Assembly (NCBI RefSeq): GCF_009914755.1
Contig: NC_060947.1
Direction: 5' to 3' (one strand)
DNA from: the human T2T-CHM13v2.0 reference genome, Homo sapiens
Length of the DNA stretch: 64,000 nt
Numbering within the stretch: position 1 is the stretch's first letter; every line of letters starts with the position of its first letter. The notes beneath the pieces were generated by a model. That model was not told where the DNA came from and did not search any database. It saw only the letters and a program-made list of their open reading frames with translations. This document shows positions 28,044 to 45,409 of this stretch, piece after piece. A program made the position numbers and the translations under genes.

Positions 28044-29429
28044 CCCTTTCCTCTATTGTGAACAGGTAGTCTATCATTTTGGTGCTTTTAAAAAAAAAAG
28101 ACTTATGCTGGAATTAGAGAGAAACATCATACTACCTCCTTTTGGAGGTAGTATGGCCTGGCCTTTAGAGACTATATATTACTTATAATAGTCTTCATTA
28201 ATAGCCCATCTGGCAGATAATTAATCAAAGGTTATGAGGTCAACCCAATCATCATTGATAAGATTAAGAAAAAAATGAAAAACTTTCAAAATACACACGT
28301 ATTTTTAAAATATACGTTTCCTTTTTCTATTTAAAAAATGCTCTCATATACCTGATATTCTAATTACAGAGTGATATACTGCACCCACACACTGTGTATT
28401 CAGTATCGTTTCAGTGCACTTTATAAGAATGTAAAATTATATCAGATGCTAAATGCCTGAAGCATCAGGTTCCTCGGGTTTCTATTATTAATTTTTGTGC
28501 TGAATTTCATATTTGGGTCTGGATTTCATATGAATAAATTATTCTCCAAATACATAATTAAAAAAATTAATATTCAGTCTTTAATACCGACTAGAATCTA
28601 AGCTAAATTCATCTGTGAACAAGAATGTTTAGTAGTAATGCTGTTTAAAACCCCAGAAGCTTCTAGTCAGCAAACATGTAAGTTATTCTGCTATAGCATT
28701 ATTTAGGATCAATGCCCCCAAAGCCAATTACTGCATTCTTTGCTGATGTCTTTCTTGGTATTATAGACAACGATAATACCTTCTGATTTAAGTTTTTTCT
28801 TTACCCTTTGTTTCATGGAACTAGTGATCACAAAGTACCTTTAGGCCCTGACAATCATATCCCTTAGTCATTTCCTGTTGAGACTCCTACACATTTTACA
28901 GAATGGTATTCTGCCTCTCTGCCCTATTCAATTATTTTCATGATTGTAGCCTTTCTCTACCTGCTAGTCCATCCTCAATTCCATTTTTTTGTTTACATTG
29001 GATTATAATCGTCTCAAGAATAGGGAACACTTTTTAAAAGTAATTGTATAGCATTTAGGAAAATAATCGTTTCCCAATAAATGCTGAATCAGTAGGTAAG
29101 GGATCTATTTTCTAGTCAATTGAAGTCCATCTAATTTGGATAGAGAATAAGTGGTGAAAGATTAAGGCCATTTAGGGTCACACTGAAGAAGGTGTTACAT
29201 ACAAACTCAATAGGCAATATTGGAGTCAAAGTTTTTTCTTGTTTTTTTTTAAAGTCATAGATGACTTGATCACTGTGGAGTTTCAAGATTAATCTCTCAG
29301 GATTATAAGAAGTGACAAAAGATGGAATTACATTTTTTTCCTGCAGGTTATGCAAATAAACAGAATAAAAATTCCAAAGCACAGATTTAAAACAGTATCA
29401 GTGTATGTTTAGATAGTTTACTGTCTCAC

Positions 29430-30370
29430 TATTTATAAAGGAGTCACTTTAACATGACACAACAATCTTAAACGCATATGCACTTAATAACAAAGCTTCA
29501 AATTGCATGAGGAAACAATTGCTAGAATTTAACACAGACATCAATGAATCAACATTTTTCACTCATAGACCCTCACATTCCTCTCTCACTAATCAAATAA
29601 ACAGAAAATAAGTAAGGTTATATAGAACATCAGAACAATGCTATCAACCAGCTTGACACAATGAGATTTATAGAACACCCCCAAACAACAGCAGAAGAAT
29701 ATACCTCTTTTTTACTGCACTGCATATAAAAATAATCCACTAAAAGAGACTATAATATGCACTATATACCAAACTATAACAATTTCAAAAAGAGATAGTA
29801 AGAAGCAGATTCTTGGAATATGATAGAATTAAACTAGAAATCGGTAAAAAAAATCAGGAAAATATCCAAATATTTTGAAATTAAAAACATGCTCCACAAT
29901 GCATAGATCAAAGAAGAAATCACAGGGGAAATTGAAAAATATTTTGAACAGAAAATAATGAAAATACAACATATCAAAATTTGTGGGATGTCTTTAAAGT
30001 AGTACTTAGAAGTTTATAGCATACTATTAAATGTTTACATTAGAAAAGAAGAAAGTGCTCAAATCAATGATATAAGCTTCTACCTTAAGAAAAATGGGGA
30101 AAAAAGAGAAATTAAACCCAAATCATATATAATAAAGGATATTATAAAGGTAAGAGTGAAAATCAATGAAATTGAGAGCAGAAAATCAATACAGGAGATC
30201 AATGAAACCAAATCTGATTATTGGATGAAAATTAAATATTTATAAAGCTTTAAATATACTTACTAAGAAAGAGGTGACACAAATTTTACATATTGGGAAT
30301 GCACAACCAGATATCACTACACAGCCTACAAATATTAAATAATAAAAAAGCTTTTGACAAAATTCAAACA
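29430..30370 (+). mobile_element. Ancient L1M ORF2 5' region
   Basis: EN/linker motifs (atatgcacttaataacaaagcttc, gaattaaactagaaatc, acaacatatcaaaatttgtgggatg). Confidence 0.8.
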
Positions 30371-30380
30371 CAACTTATTT

Positions 30381-31536
30381 TCACTTTCAGCTTTATTAAG
30401 GTATAATTAAAAAATAAAAAGTTGTATATATTCAAGGTAAACAACATGATGTTTTGATATGCATATACATTGTGAAATGATTACCACAATTAAGGTTATG
30501 AATGTATCCATCTCCTCACATAATTATTTTTGTGTAGAGTGTGGTAATAATACTTAAGCTCTACTCTCTTAGCAAATTTCAAGTATACATTAAGTGTAGT
30601 CACCATGGTGTACATTAGTCTCCAGAATTTAGCTTATAACTCACAAGTTCGTACCATTTGACCAGCATCTCTCCATTTTTCCCATACCCTAACCTATGAT
30701 AATTACCTTCTACTCTCTGTTTCTATATATTTGACATTTTTAGTTTATATATATAAGTGAGATTATGCAGTGTTTGTCTTTCTGTCTCTGGATTATTTCA
30801 CTTAGCATAATGTCCTCCAGGTTTGGTGTAAATGACAAAATTCCCTTCTTTTAAAAAGCTGAATAGTATTCCATTGTGTATATGTACCAAATTTTCTTCA
30901 TCTGTTTATCCATTGATGGACTTTTAGGTTGATCCCATATTTTTGCTATTGTGAATAATACTGCAATAAACATGAAAGTGCAGGTATCCCTTAGATGTAT
31001 TGATTTCTTTTCTTTTGGGTGGATACCCAGGAGTAGGATTGTTGGATCAAATGGTAATTCTTTCAATATTTTAAAAAACCTCCATACTGTTTGCCAAAAT
31101 GACTGCACCAATTACATTTCCACCAATAGTGTATAAGAGTTCCCTTTCTCCACATCTTCACCAATATCTGTTGGTTTTTTGTCTTTTTACTAATAGCCAT
31201 TCTAACTGGAGTAAGATGATATCTCATTGTGGTTTTCATTTGCATTTCCCTGGTGCTTAGTGATGTTGAGCATTTTTTCATATATTTGTTTGCCATTTGT
31301 ATAAAAAAAAATCTGTTCAGATCCCTTGCCCATTTTTGAATCAGGTTATTTGTTTACTGTTAGTGAGTTGTAGAAGCACCTTATACATTTTGAATATTAA
31401 TATCTTATCAGATATATGGTTTGTAAGTGTTGTCTCTCATTCTGTGATTTTGTTTATAATTTTTTTTTTGCTGTGCAGAAATTTTAGGTCTCCAGAATTT
31501 ATTCATCTTATAACTGCAAGTTTGTACATTAGGTGT
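30381..31536 (-). mobile_element. 5'-truncated L1MA 3' end
   Basis: Minus ORFs 30851-31296 are ORF2 C-terminus; L1MA 3'UTR; TSD acacaacttattt (30368-30380) / acataacttattt (31537-31549). Confidence 0.9.
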
Positions 31537-31561
31537 ACATAACTTATTTATTTTATAACTA

Positions 31562-32314
31562 CATTTATTTGGATTTTCTCTCTTCTTGGTTAATCTTGCC
31601 AATGGTCCATCAATTTTACTTATCTTTTTAAAGAACCAGCTTTTTGTTTCATTTATTTTTTGTACTTTTTGTGTGTTTCAATTTAATTTAGTTTTGCTCT
31701 GATCTTAGGTATTTCCTTTCTTCTGCTGGGTCTGGGTTTGGTTTGTTCTTGTTTCTCTAGTTCCTTGAGGTGTGACCTTAGCGTGTCAGTTTGTGCTCTT
31801 TCAGTCTTTTGATGTAGGCATCTAGGGCTATGAACTTTCCTCTTAGCACCACCTTTGCCCTATCCCCGAGGTTTTGATAGGTTGTGTCATTATTGTCATT
31901 CAGTTTGAAGATTTATTTTAATTTCCATCTTGATTTCGTTTTTGACCCAATGCTTATTCATGAGCAGGTTATTTAATTTCCATGTATTTGCATGGATTTG
32001 AAGGTTCCTTTTGGAGTTCATTCCAGTTTTATTCCACTGTGGTCTGAAAGAGTGCTTGATATAATTTCAATTTTCTTAAATTTATTGAGGCTCATACAAT
32101 TGAGGCTCATATCTCCAAGATATGGTCTATGTTGGAGAAAGTTCCATGGGCTGTTGAATAGAATGTGTATTCTGTGGTTGTTGGATTAAATGTTCTTTAT
32201 ATATCTGTTAAGTCCATTTGTTCCAAGGTATAGTTTAAGTCCATTGTTTCTTTGTTGACTTTCTGTCTTGATGACCTGTCTAGTGCTGTCAGTGGTGTAT
32301 TGAAGTCCCCCACT
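31562..32314 (-). mobile_element. Internal L1 (L1PB-like) ORF2 EN/linker fragment with no 3' end
   Basis: Reverse complement starts at the gggggacttcaatac (GDFN) motif and runs through the linker; no poly-A. Confidence 0.85.
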
Positions 32315-33368
32315 CATTTTTAATGGGCAAAAAATTTGGACAAATACTTTAACAAATATTATATACAAATGGCAGTTAAACACAAGAAAAGATGCCAAAC
32401 ATCATTAGTCATTAGGGAAAAAAATTAAAACTACAATGAGATATCACTACACTCATGTGAGAATAATTACAAAATAAGAAAAAACATGAAGACACTAAGT
32501 GCTTACAAAGATATGCAGCATCTAGAACTCCTACACTTCTGGTGGGGATGTGAAACCCTCCCTAATGAAGCCAACATCACCCTAATACCAAAATCAAGGA
32601 AGGATATAACTAAAAAAGAAAACTACAGACCAATATCCTTGATGGACATGGATGCTAAAATCCTTAACAAAATACTGGCTAAGCAAAATCAACAACATAT
32701 CCAAAAGATAATCCAACATAATCAAGTGGGTTTCATACCAGGGAAATAGTATCAAACACTTTTTTAAAAGCACTTTGTCAGTTTCTTAAATAGTTAGACC
32801 TGCGCTTACCATATGACTTAAGAACCCCACTCCAAGGTATTTATCCGAATAAAATGAAAACCTGTAGTCACACAAAGGCTGCATGCACAATTTTATATTG
32901 GCTTTATTCCTAACCACCAAAAACTAAAAAGAAACCAAATGTCCTTCATCTGGTGAATGGGTAAACAGATGTGGTACACCCCTTACGATCGAATATTACT
33001 TGGTAATAAAAAGGAAGGAACTAAGGATATATCAAAAAATAACAATGAGTCTCAAAATAATTACACTAAGTGAGGAAAGCCAGAAAAGAAGCATACAAAG
33101 TGTATGATTTGCTTTCTTGGCAGGCATTCTAGAAAAGGCAAATTATAAGAGATGATATCAGCTCAGTATGTTACCTGAAGCTAGGGTTGGTGATTGGGAA
33201 TATAGAAAAAAGGCATGAAGAATCCTTATGGAATAATGGAAATGCTTTAAAATAGAATTTTGGTGATTGCTGTACAACTCTGGAATTTACTGAAAAATAT
33301 TGTGTACTTACCATGGGTTAATTTTATGGCACACAAATAAATCTCAATACATTCGATTTTAAAAATAA
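32315..33368 (+). mobile_element. Ancient L1M (MC/MD-like) 3' end
   Basis: aatgggcaaaaaatttggaca...aaactacaatgagatatcactac...aaatgtccttcatctggtgaatgg...3'UTR. Confidence 0.8.
32555..32744 (+). mobile_element. Internal L1 ORF2 fragment inserted into the ancient L1M
   Basis: ORF 32486-32749 switches from WWGC (ORF2 C-terminus) to EANITLIPK...NYRPISL...QVGFIPG (Z/RT start). Confidence 0.85.
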
Positions 33369-33449
33369 AACATAAAAGGAGATATTTGTGTGCTCTCTCT
33401 CATATGTGTGTGATATATATCACACATAAATGTATGAATACAAACAACT

Positions 33450-34370
33450 TCATAGCCAGACTCTTCCTATAAATCACTAAAAAAAAAAAAAAAAGACAAA
33501 ATCCAATAGAAAACAGGCAAAAAAGTTGAACAGATAGCTCAAAAAGGAAGATACCTATATGGTCAATGAAGGACATGAACAAATGAAAAAATAAGCACAT
33601 GAAAAAATGCTCAACATGATTAGTCATAAGAGAAATAGAAACAAAATCACAATGAAATACCACTATACATATACCAGAATGGCTCAAGTTAAAACAAATG
33701 ACCGTACAATGTGTTGAGAATGATGTAGAGCAACGGAAACCCTCATGCGCTGCTAGTATGAATGCAAATTGATGCAACCATATTGGAAAACTCTTTGGCA
33801 GTATTTGCCATATTAAATGTACTCATATCCTATGGTGCAGCAATTTCGCTCCAACATATATACTTAACATACATGTATACATATGTTTACTTCTAAGAAA
33901 TGTTGATATTAGTGCTATTTGTAGTGGCATAAACGAGAAACAATCCAAACATTCATGAATAATAAAATGGCTGAATAAATTGTGGCATATTGATAAACAG
34001 CAAACTACACAACAGTGAAAATTAACGAACTACTGTTACAGGCAAAAACATGGCTGAATCTTCCAAACGTAAATTTAATGAAAAGAAATCAAATACTAAA
34101 AAGAACATACTGTATAACTCCATTTATGTCAAATTCAAAACCATTTAAAACTAATCAAAAAGAGAAGATAACTTCAGGATAGAAGGCGATAGTGCCTGGC
34201 ATGGGGCGGCAGCAGGGGAACGTCTCAGGGTATAGTTAGTATTTTTTTTTTAATCCGAGTAGTAGTTGTAGAATAATTTTACTGTGGGATAAGCCATCAA
34301 GCTGCACAATTACGATAAGTGTTCTTTTTTGTATGCATATCATTTTTTCAGTTAACCAATTTTACTTAAA
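33450..34370 (+). mobile_element. Ancient L1ME-like 3' end
   Basis: cacatgaaaaaatgctcaacatgattagtcat...acaatgaaataccact...tactgtataactccatttat. Confidence 0.75.
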
Positions 34371-35999
34371 ACGAACATTAGTTTAACAATTAAAACTATT
34401 ATTTCCATCATTTCTCTTCCCAAGTAGCCCAATTTAGTCATAAATATTTTTAGTAATTAGCCACAAGTGTTCTAAGCATTTTTCGAGTGCTTAAGGCAGT
34501 AATTTACGTGGACTTTTGTAACATCAAAACACAAGATTTTCACAAGTTATTCCAACTCATTTTACTCGCGTAAATTCACCTTTTCCATTTTAAGAGAAAC
34601 TTTATTTCAGCAAAGCAAGCTTCTAAGTCATCAATAGCCTGACTCTGACTCTTCCACTTGACATTTTATAATAGCAACATTAAGTACTGTGACTAATCAT
34701 GAAGAAATTCTTAGAATTGGCAGCAATAGTGCTTGGGCTGGAGTGCAGTTTACAATCTTGGAATCCTTTCTCGGATGTCTTCCATTTCCCTTCTGCTATC
34801 TCTGGCACAAATTTCCTCTGATAAATGGAACCAAGAAGCTCAAACAATAGCATGCTTTACTCTCAGATCAAATTGAAAGTCTGTTTGATTTCCCAACCAT
34901 GGTCACTCAGAAAACCGGCCTCTGGCTGACCTTTGCACGCGTATCTTGCTAGATGCAGAGATGACATTCTGCTTTTCTATCTCCTCCCTTTATCCACGTA
35001 ACTGGAAACAGCCATGAAGGTAATCTATCTTACATGGACTCAGCAAGGTAGAAACATATGGGAGCTCCTGGGGTATTTCTTTTTGTGCTTTTGCTGACAT
35101 CTGTCGTCACCTTCCCTCTTCCCAAGGAAAGGTACAAGCCCATAAAAATAAATATGCACATATTTTTGGTGGTATCTGCACAATTTTTGTGTATTCAATT
35201 AGGATACACTGTGTTTAGGATTTCAGCATGATACAGCAGAAAATGCTTGAGAACTTCACTTTGATTTTTAAAACACTGTTGAGTAAACATGTGACTGAAT
35301 AAAAGTAGCTCTAGTCAACTACAATACGTAAAATGTCTCAAAGTCTTTTCCTCAGACTTCAACATTTGAAAATGGGAAATTTAAGTGATTTGTTGGGATT
35401 ACAGAAGTTGCATGGTTAATGACAATGGCAGTTTGGGGAGCATGACTCGTAAGTTCTAAAATGCTTTGTTTATTATTAACTTTTTTAAAAATTTCTGATG
35501 TTATGTAATCTTTCCTTTAAGTGTTCATCTAATGCTTATGTATATTGGGCCTTGTCCTAGGTGCTGAGGCATGGTTCTATGCACTGGAAACATAGCAATA
35601 AATGATACGGACGATAATCTCTGACAGTATGGAGATTATCTTCTGCTGCATGTATGGACAACCAAATGCAGGCAATAAGAAATGAGTAAATAGTAAACAT
35701 TAAAAGATTGGTATGTCAGATCAGAGATAAGTACTATGAAGAGAAAATAGGGCAAGAATGTTAGGGAATGCCAAGGGGCCTATTTCAAATAATGGGATCG
35801 TGAAAATCATTACTGAAAAAGTGACTTCTGCACAAGACTTGATGGAATCGAAGGAGAAAGCCATGGAGCTCTCTCAGTAGGAAGCTGTCTAGTGGGAGAG
35901 CTTTCGAGTCCAGTGAGAAGTGAGCGCAGAAGTCCTTAAGTGGAGCTCATGTGGCCTATTTGAGGAAAATCAAGGAAGCCAGTGAGGTTAGAAGAAAGG

Positions 36000-36428
36000 T
36001 GAATTCACTTCTAGGGCTGCTATAACAAAGTACTCCAAACTGTGTGGCTCGAAGCAACGAAAGTTTACCCTTTCAAGGGTCTGAAGTCCAGAAATCCCAA
36101 ATCAATTTGTTGGCAGGGCCATGCTCCCTGCAGAAGCTTTAGGGGAGAATCTGTACTTTGCTTCTTCTAGCTTTTGGTAACTGGCGGCTTTCCTTGCCTT
36201 GTCTTCTGCCTTCATCTTCACACCCCCACCTTTCCTTCATATGTCTCTCTCTGCGTCTACCTAATCACAGGAAGTCTGTGATGATATTGGGCCCACATGA
36301 ATAATCCAGAAGCGCCTCATCTCAAGATCCTTAACTTAATCAAATCCTTTGCCATATGAGGTGCCATTCACAGGTGTTAGGAATTTCACATGGATATCTT
36401 TAGGAGGGTCATGTTTTGGCCCACCACA
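36000..36428 (-). mobile_element. Solo MLT1B/C MaLR LTR
   Basis: ctagggctgctataacaaagtac...gttggcagggccatgctccct...caagatccttaacttaatca...cccaccaca; 5-bp TSD aaagg. Confidence 0.88.
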
Positions 36429-36442
36429 AAAGGGAAAATGTA

Positions 36443-36777
<335 letters not shown>

Positions 36778-36992
36778 TCAGAGATTCAGTCAGCTGGCAG
36801 TTCATGTATGGACCATAGGCTACCACATGGCCCTAGGTTATTTTTCTGAATAAAATGGGAAGTTTGGTGACACTCTCCAACTTACTCTACATTTCATACT
36901 GCTTAAGTAAACCCATTCAATGGAATATCTGTAGAGTTGTGATAAAGGAAATTTTGATTCTTTCTTGGTTTTTTAAAGGCTCTCACTGATGC

Positions 36993-37200
36993 ATTTTTTT
37001 CTATTTTATTTTATCTTATTTTAAGTTCTGGAATACATGTGCTGAACGTGCAGGTTTGTTACATAGGTATATATGTGCCATGGTGATTTGCTGCACCCAT
37101 CAACCCATCATCTAGGTTTTAAGCGCTGCATGCATTAGGTATTTGTCCTAATGCTCTCCCTCCCCTTGCCCCCAAGCCCGCAACAGGCCCCAAAGTGTGT
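36993..37200 (-). mobile_element. Very short L1PA (approx. L1PA8) 3'UTR
   Basis: ttaagttctggaatacatgtgc...caggtttgttacataggtat...cctaatgctctccctcccc. Confidence 0.88.
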
Positions 37201-38264
37201 CCATCCTTCACACTGCAGCCTTAGTGATGTTTTAAAAATGAGAGACAACCCTGGCTATGGCTACTGAGCATGCCCAGCTCTTAAAAGTTTCCAAGGAAAA
37301 CTCAGGGACACAGCAATTGTTATCAGGAAGGATAAGAGAGCCTAAAAAGAGCCCAAAAATAAAATGAAAATGAGGAAAAATTGGCACTGTGGAGAGTGCC
37401 CATAATGTAGATAAAATCTGTTATGTCCATTTCGCCCCCACTCTACCACCACACCTCTGTCCCCATTAATGTATCCTGAGCTAGGATTTATGCCTGATCA
37501 AAAAAATTCTTGTCAACCAGGTTAAGAAGCTTAGGTTTTGCCCTAAGGACAATGGGAAACCATGGAAGGGTTTATAAATAAGAGTTAACGTGGCCTTGTT
37601 TTTGTTTCAGAGACATCATAAAGGCTGTAGTGTAGGGGTGCGTTGAAGAGAAGAGAGAATGCAAAGAAGGGTAAACAGTTTTGCAGTATTCCAAACAAGG
37701 GATCAGGAGAGCCTGCACTACACCGTGGCAGGTACTGCTGCAGGGCAGGGTGCAGAGGATGAAAGAAATCTTAATACTTATCACTGTCATAGCCAACAGC
37801 GTTGTAGGAAACTACATAATAAAATACTGTTATATTACTTCATATATATTAAAGAAAATGGGTCATGTGGGTCAACCCATGTTTTTACATGTAAAATAAT
37901 CGTTCCTGACAAATAAGAACATTGATACATGAGGGGCCCATATGTATGTCTCTAGGAAGAAAATATGTCTCTAGGAAGAAAATTGTGCCATATGTACCGG
38001 CATGGACTAAGGCAGAAAAAGCTGTGTATCAGTAGGTAGATACATTTCAGGCTATGCCCACAATCTATCTCTCCTTAAGTGGCTGCTGCTGTTTTTGCTC
38101 TGACAATCAAGTCCAGATTCAAGGAAACATTTTTAATTGACTACAGTACATCATTGTTATCTCTGAACAAACCTAGAGGGGAAAAATGACCATTGAAGTG
38201 GATAATAGGCTTGAGATAAGCAGGAAAAATAGTATTCTTCCTAATTCATGGGTGAGAAAACTAC

Positions 38265-38475
38265 ATTAACATGTACTAAGTGCCTATTAGGTTCCGGGTA
38301 CTATGTGAAGTGCTTTCACACATTATAGCATTTAATTCTTACAATAACTCCAAAAGATATGTTTAATTATTCTCATTTCATAAACAAGGACACTGAGGGG
38401 CAGATAAGTTAGGAGACAAACACATCCAATAAGTGGTGGAGCTGAGACTTGAACCCTGGCTGGCATGTTGTCTTC
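38265..38475 (-). mobile_element. MIR
   Basis: tactaagtgcctat...tttaattcttacaataact...ctcatttcataaacaaggacactgagg...gagacttgaaccc. Confidence 0.75.
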
Positions 38476-39860
38476 ATAACACCACTGGGATCTCCATTCA
38501 GGTAAAACAATACATCTGCTTCCCCAAGAGACATTTGACCGCATAATTCACTAGGTGGTTTTTGGTCAGACTCTTGGCTACTATTTCATCTCTGGACCTG
38601 GGGGAGTCAATATAAAAAGCTATGGAGGCTGCTGAGTAGAAGAGACAAGAAGCCAAGCTTGCTATCTCTCAGGCCAGAATTAAACCTTGGGCAGGGAGGC
38701 CTCAGTAATCACCCTGAAGGAATTTCACTTTTCTTCCTTTGAGACCTGGACACTGCATTGTCTCAGAGCCTTGCAGTAACTTCAAATAATCACTTCTGCA
38801 AATGCAATTTTCAGCATCAAAGAGTCTTAACACGCTTTAGAGACAAAGTGTCAAATTAGTTCTATGTAATGTCTCTAACGTTTATCAGATGAATGAATCC
38901 TGAGGAGTCTGTCATAATGAATACTATTTATTCCATGTTGTAATGTTGCCAAGCACTTCCGTACTAGATGCAGTTTGGAATATAAGTATAAAGCTCTGTA
39001 GTGGCTTCAAGAAAAGTAGTATATCAACAGTGGGGAACATAGACGAGATACAGACCTTGTAATAAACAGAAGTGATTTTGCAAGATCAGAAGGAATATTC
39101 TGTGTGTCAACAAGAATGAAGAAATTGATTCCACTGACAGCAGAGACTATGCTAAGGCTGGTGGCTTTCAAATATATAGTATACATCAGACCTCCCACTG
39201 TTATATACACATTTTTCTCACACAAAATAGAGACACATTGTTTTTCTGAGAGTTCCTGAGATTAAATAGTCAGGATTAAATTGAAAGTAATGTGGCCTTA
39301 TCTCAAGAGTGAAGGCATCAGTATTTTTGTTGTGTTCACACATATCTGAGACAGGATGCAACTGCAAACCAGTTCAGGGAGCCCAGTCATTACTTTTCTC
39401 ATGTCTTCTAATGTCACCAAAACAAAAAAAGAGTTGTACCCTTCCATTGCCTCCGTTCCCTTCTCAAGTGAAAAGAAGGTAGAGATAAAAGCACAGCTTC
39501 CTTCCCATTAGTACCAACAACTGCACTTCTCTCTTTACAAATTTCCTTCTTAGAAATTCTAGTTATAAGTGCTTGAGCACCAAGTATTCTCACTGAAGGA
39601 AAAGCTATAATTTTTACCAGAAGTGCAACCTTCCAGCTGACTTTAGTATAGTTGAGAGGCAACAGAAAAAACTTAATATACAAGATTACTCTATTTAAAT
39701 CATCGCTGTTGGGAAATAATTACGTGTCATATGTCTTCTGTTTATGGGGAAGCTTTTTATGTATGAACAATTTGAAAATTGGGAGAATCTACTTCTTGCC
39801 AGATAGGGAATATGAATATGGCAAGCTGAATAGGACCAGAGGTTTTAAAGGTTCCTACTT

Positions 39861-43710
<3,850 letters not shown>

Positions 43711-44928
43711 TAAAAGTCCCCACTTGAATGACAGCGAGAATTGAATTTTCTTTTTAATACCAATAAAGCTCTTGTAGAGGGTACCAAGCTGGACACACTT
43801 GGTCAGCTCTATGGTGCTGAAAAGGAGGGAAAATTACTAGAGGCTCCCATTTTCTAACCTCTTCTTGAATATGGCCTTACTGTCATAGCATGAAAGTAGC
43901 CTTATTTTCTTCCTCTGGAAACTGAGCCCAACTCCTGACTTGCAGGACTCTTGAAGATTAGGTAAAATCATGATGCAACATGCCTAGTGCTCTATAAATA
44001 GTAGCTGCTGTTATTATTATTGTTATTATTGTCATTATTATTAAGAGAAGAGGGTCAATGTCACAGTACAACCAGAAACACTATTTGCCTCAGGGATGTT
44101 TCCATCGTAGCAAAACAGAAGTGATACGATGTCAGAACCACTAAAAGAAGCCTGAAGATTAAAGACCAATTCTCAACATATTGATTGAGCAGCTGTGGGA
44201 CTCTGACCTGCTGAAAACAGCATCCTCTGGCACTGTTGCACTGTGACAACACAGGCTCACAAATGTTCCTCTATCATTTGAAAATCATCATATTATAAAT
44301 GTAAGTTGATGGGCATGTTCATATCAGCATTTCTTTTATTTTCTGCATTACACACTAACAGGTTTCTACCCAATTATTCTTTCTGTAATGGGGAACTTCA
44401 ACTTCTTTCATGACACTTTTGTTTTGCTACTTGACACATAAAGGCTTTTACTGAAAGCAAAGTACAATTTACAACGTAGAACATTTCTAAATTACAGGTT
44501 GTGTGCAACTCAGGTCACTGTTTCAGAAAGACAAATTTCAGAACCAAAGAGAAAGAACAGAAAATAATAGCAGTTGGTGACACAGATGCCAAACAAACTG
44601 GAGGTGACATTTGGATCTCCATTTTAATTCTGTATTCCTGAATAAATTATCTTTCTCACTAAATCTTTGTAACTTGGTACTCAGCTTTTATGCTGTGAGC
44701 TGTCTAGCATTCCTCAGATCACACCTCTATAGATTAGAACCTTGACAGACCTGCCTCCTTGCAGGAAAATGTGTCATTATCCCAGAGCATATATCAAAGA
44801 TGGAGGGCACAGAATATTTTACCAAACACCCTGTCCAATATTCTCTCCTGCTTATTTGCATGGCATCCTATGATTATCAGCAAAGACCAAGGATACATCA
44901 GGCTTAGATAAGAAACTAAAAGTCTTGG

Positions 44929-45304
44929 TGTATTAGTTCTTTCTCACTCTGCTATGAAGAAATACTCAAGACTGGGTAATTTATAAGGGAAAGAGGTTTA
45001 ATTGACTCACATTTCTGCAGGGCTGGGGAGGCCTCAAGAAACTTACAATCATTGTGGAAGGGGAAGCAAACACATCCTTCTTCACGTGGTGGCAGCAAGG
45101 AGAAGTGTAGAGTGAAGCAGGGCAAAAGCCCCTTATAAAACCATCAGATCTCATGAGAACTCGGTCACTGTCACAAGAACAGCATGGAGGTAACCACCCC
45201 CATGATTCAATTATCTCCCACTGGGTCTCTCCTACCACACTTGGGGATTATGGGAACTACAATTCAAGATGAGATTTCAGTGGGGACACAGCCAAACCAT
45301 ATTA
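44929..45304 (-). mobile_element. Solo THE1D LTR
   Basis: tgtattag...ggcctcaagaaacttacaatc...aaaccatcagatctcatgagaac...gggacacagccaaaccatatta; 5-bp TSD cttgg. Confidence 0.92.
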
Positions 45305-45409
45305 CTTGGTAACACAAGTTGTGTTTTTTTCTCTCTTTTCTGTTGCCCCTTGAGACCTGAAAAGAGAGATGGCTTTGGTTGGTGAAAGGCTTCCAGGAAA
45401 GTCAAACTT

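Noticed and set aside
34867-35019. Possible cassette exon (tctcag| ... aag|gtaatc)
   Set aside because: Such signals are common by chance; no coding support
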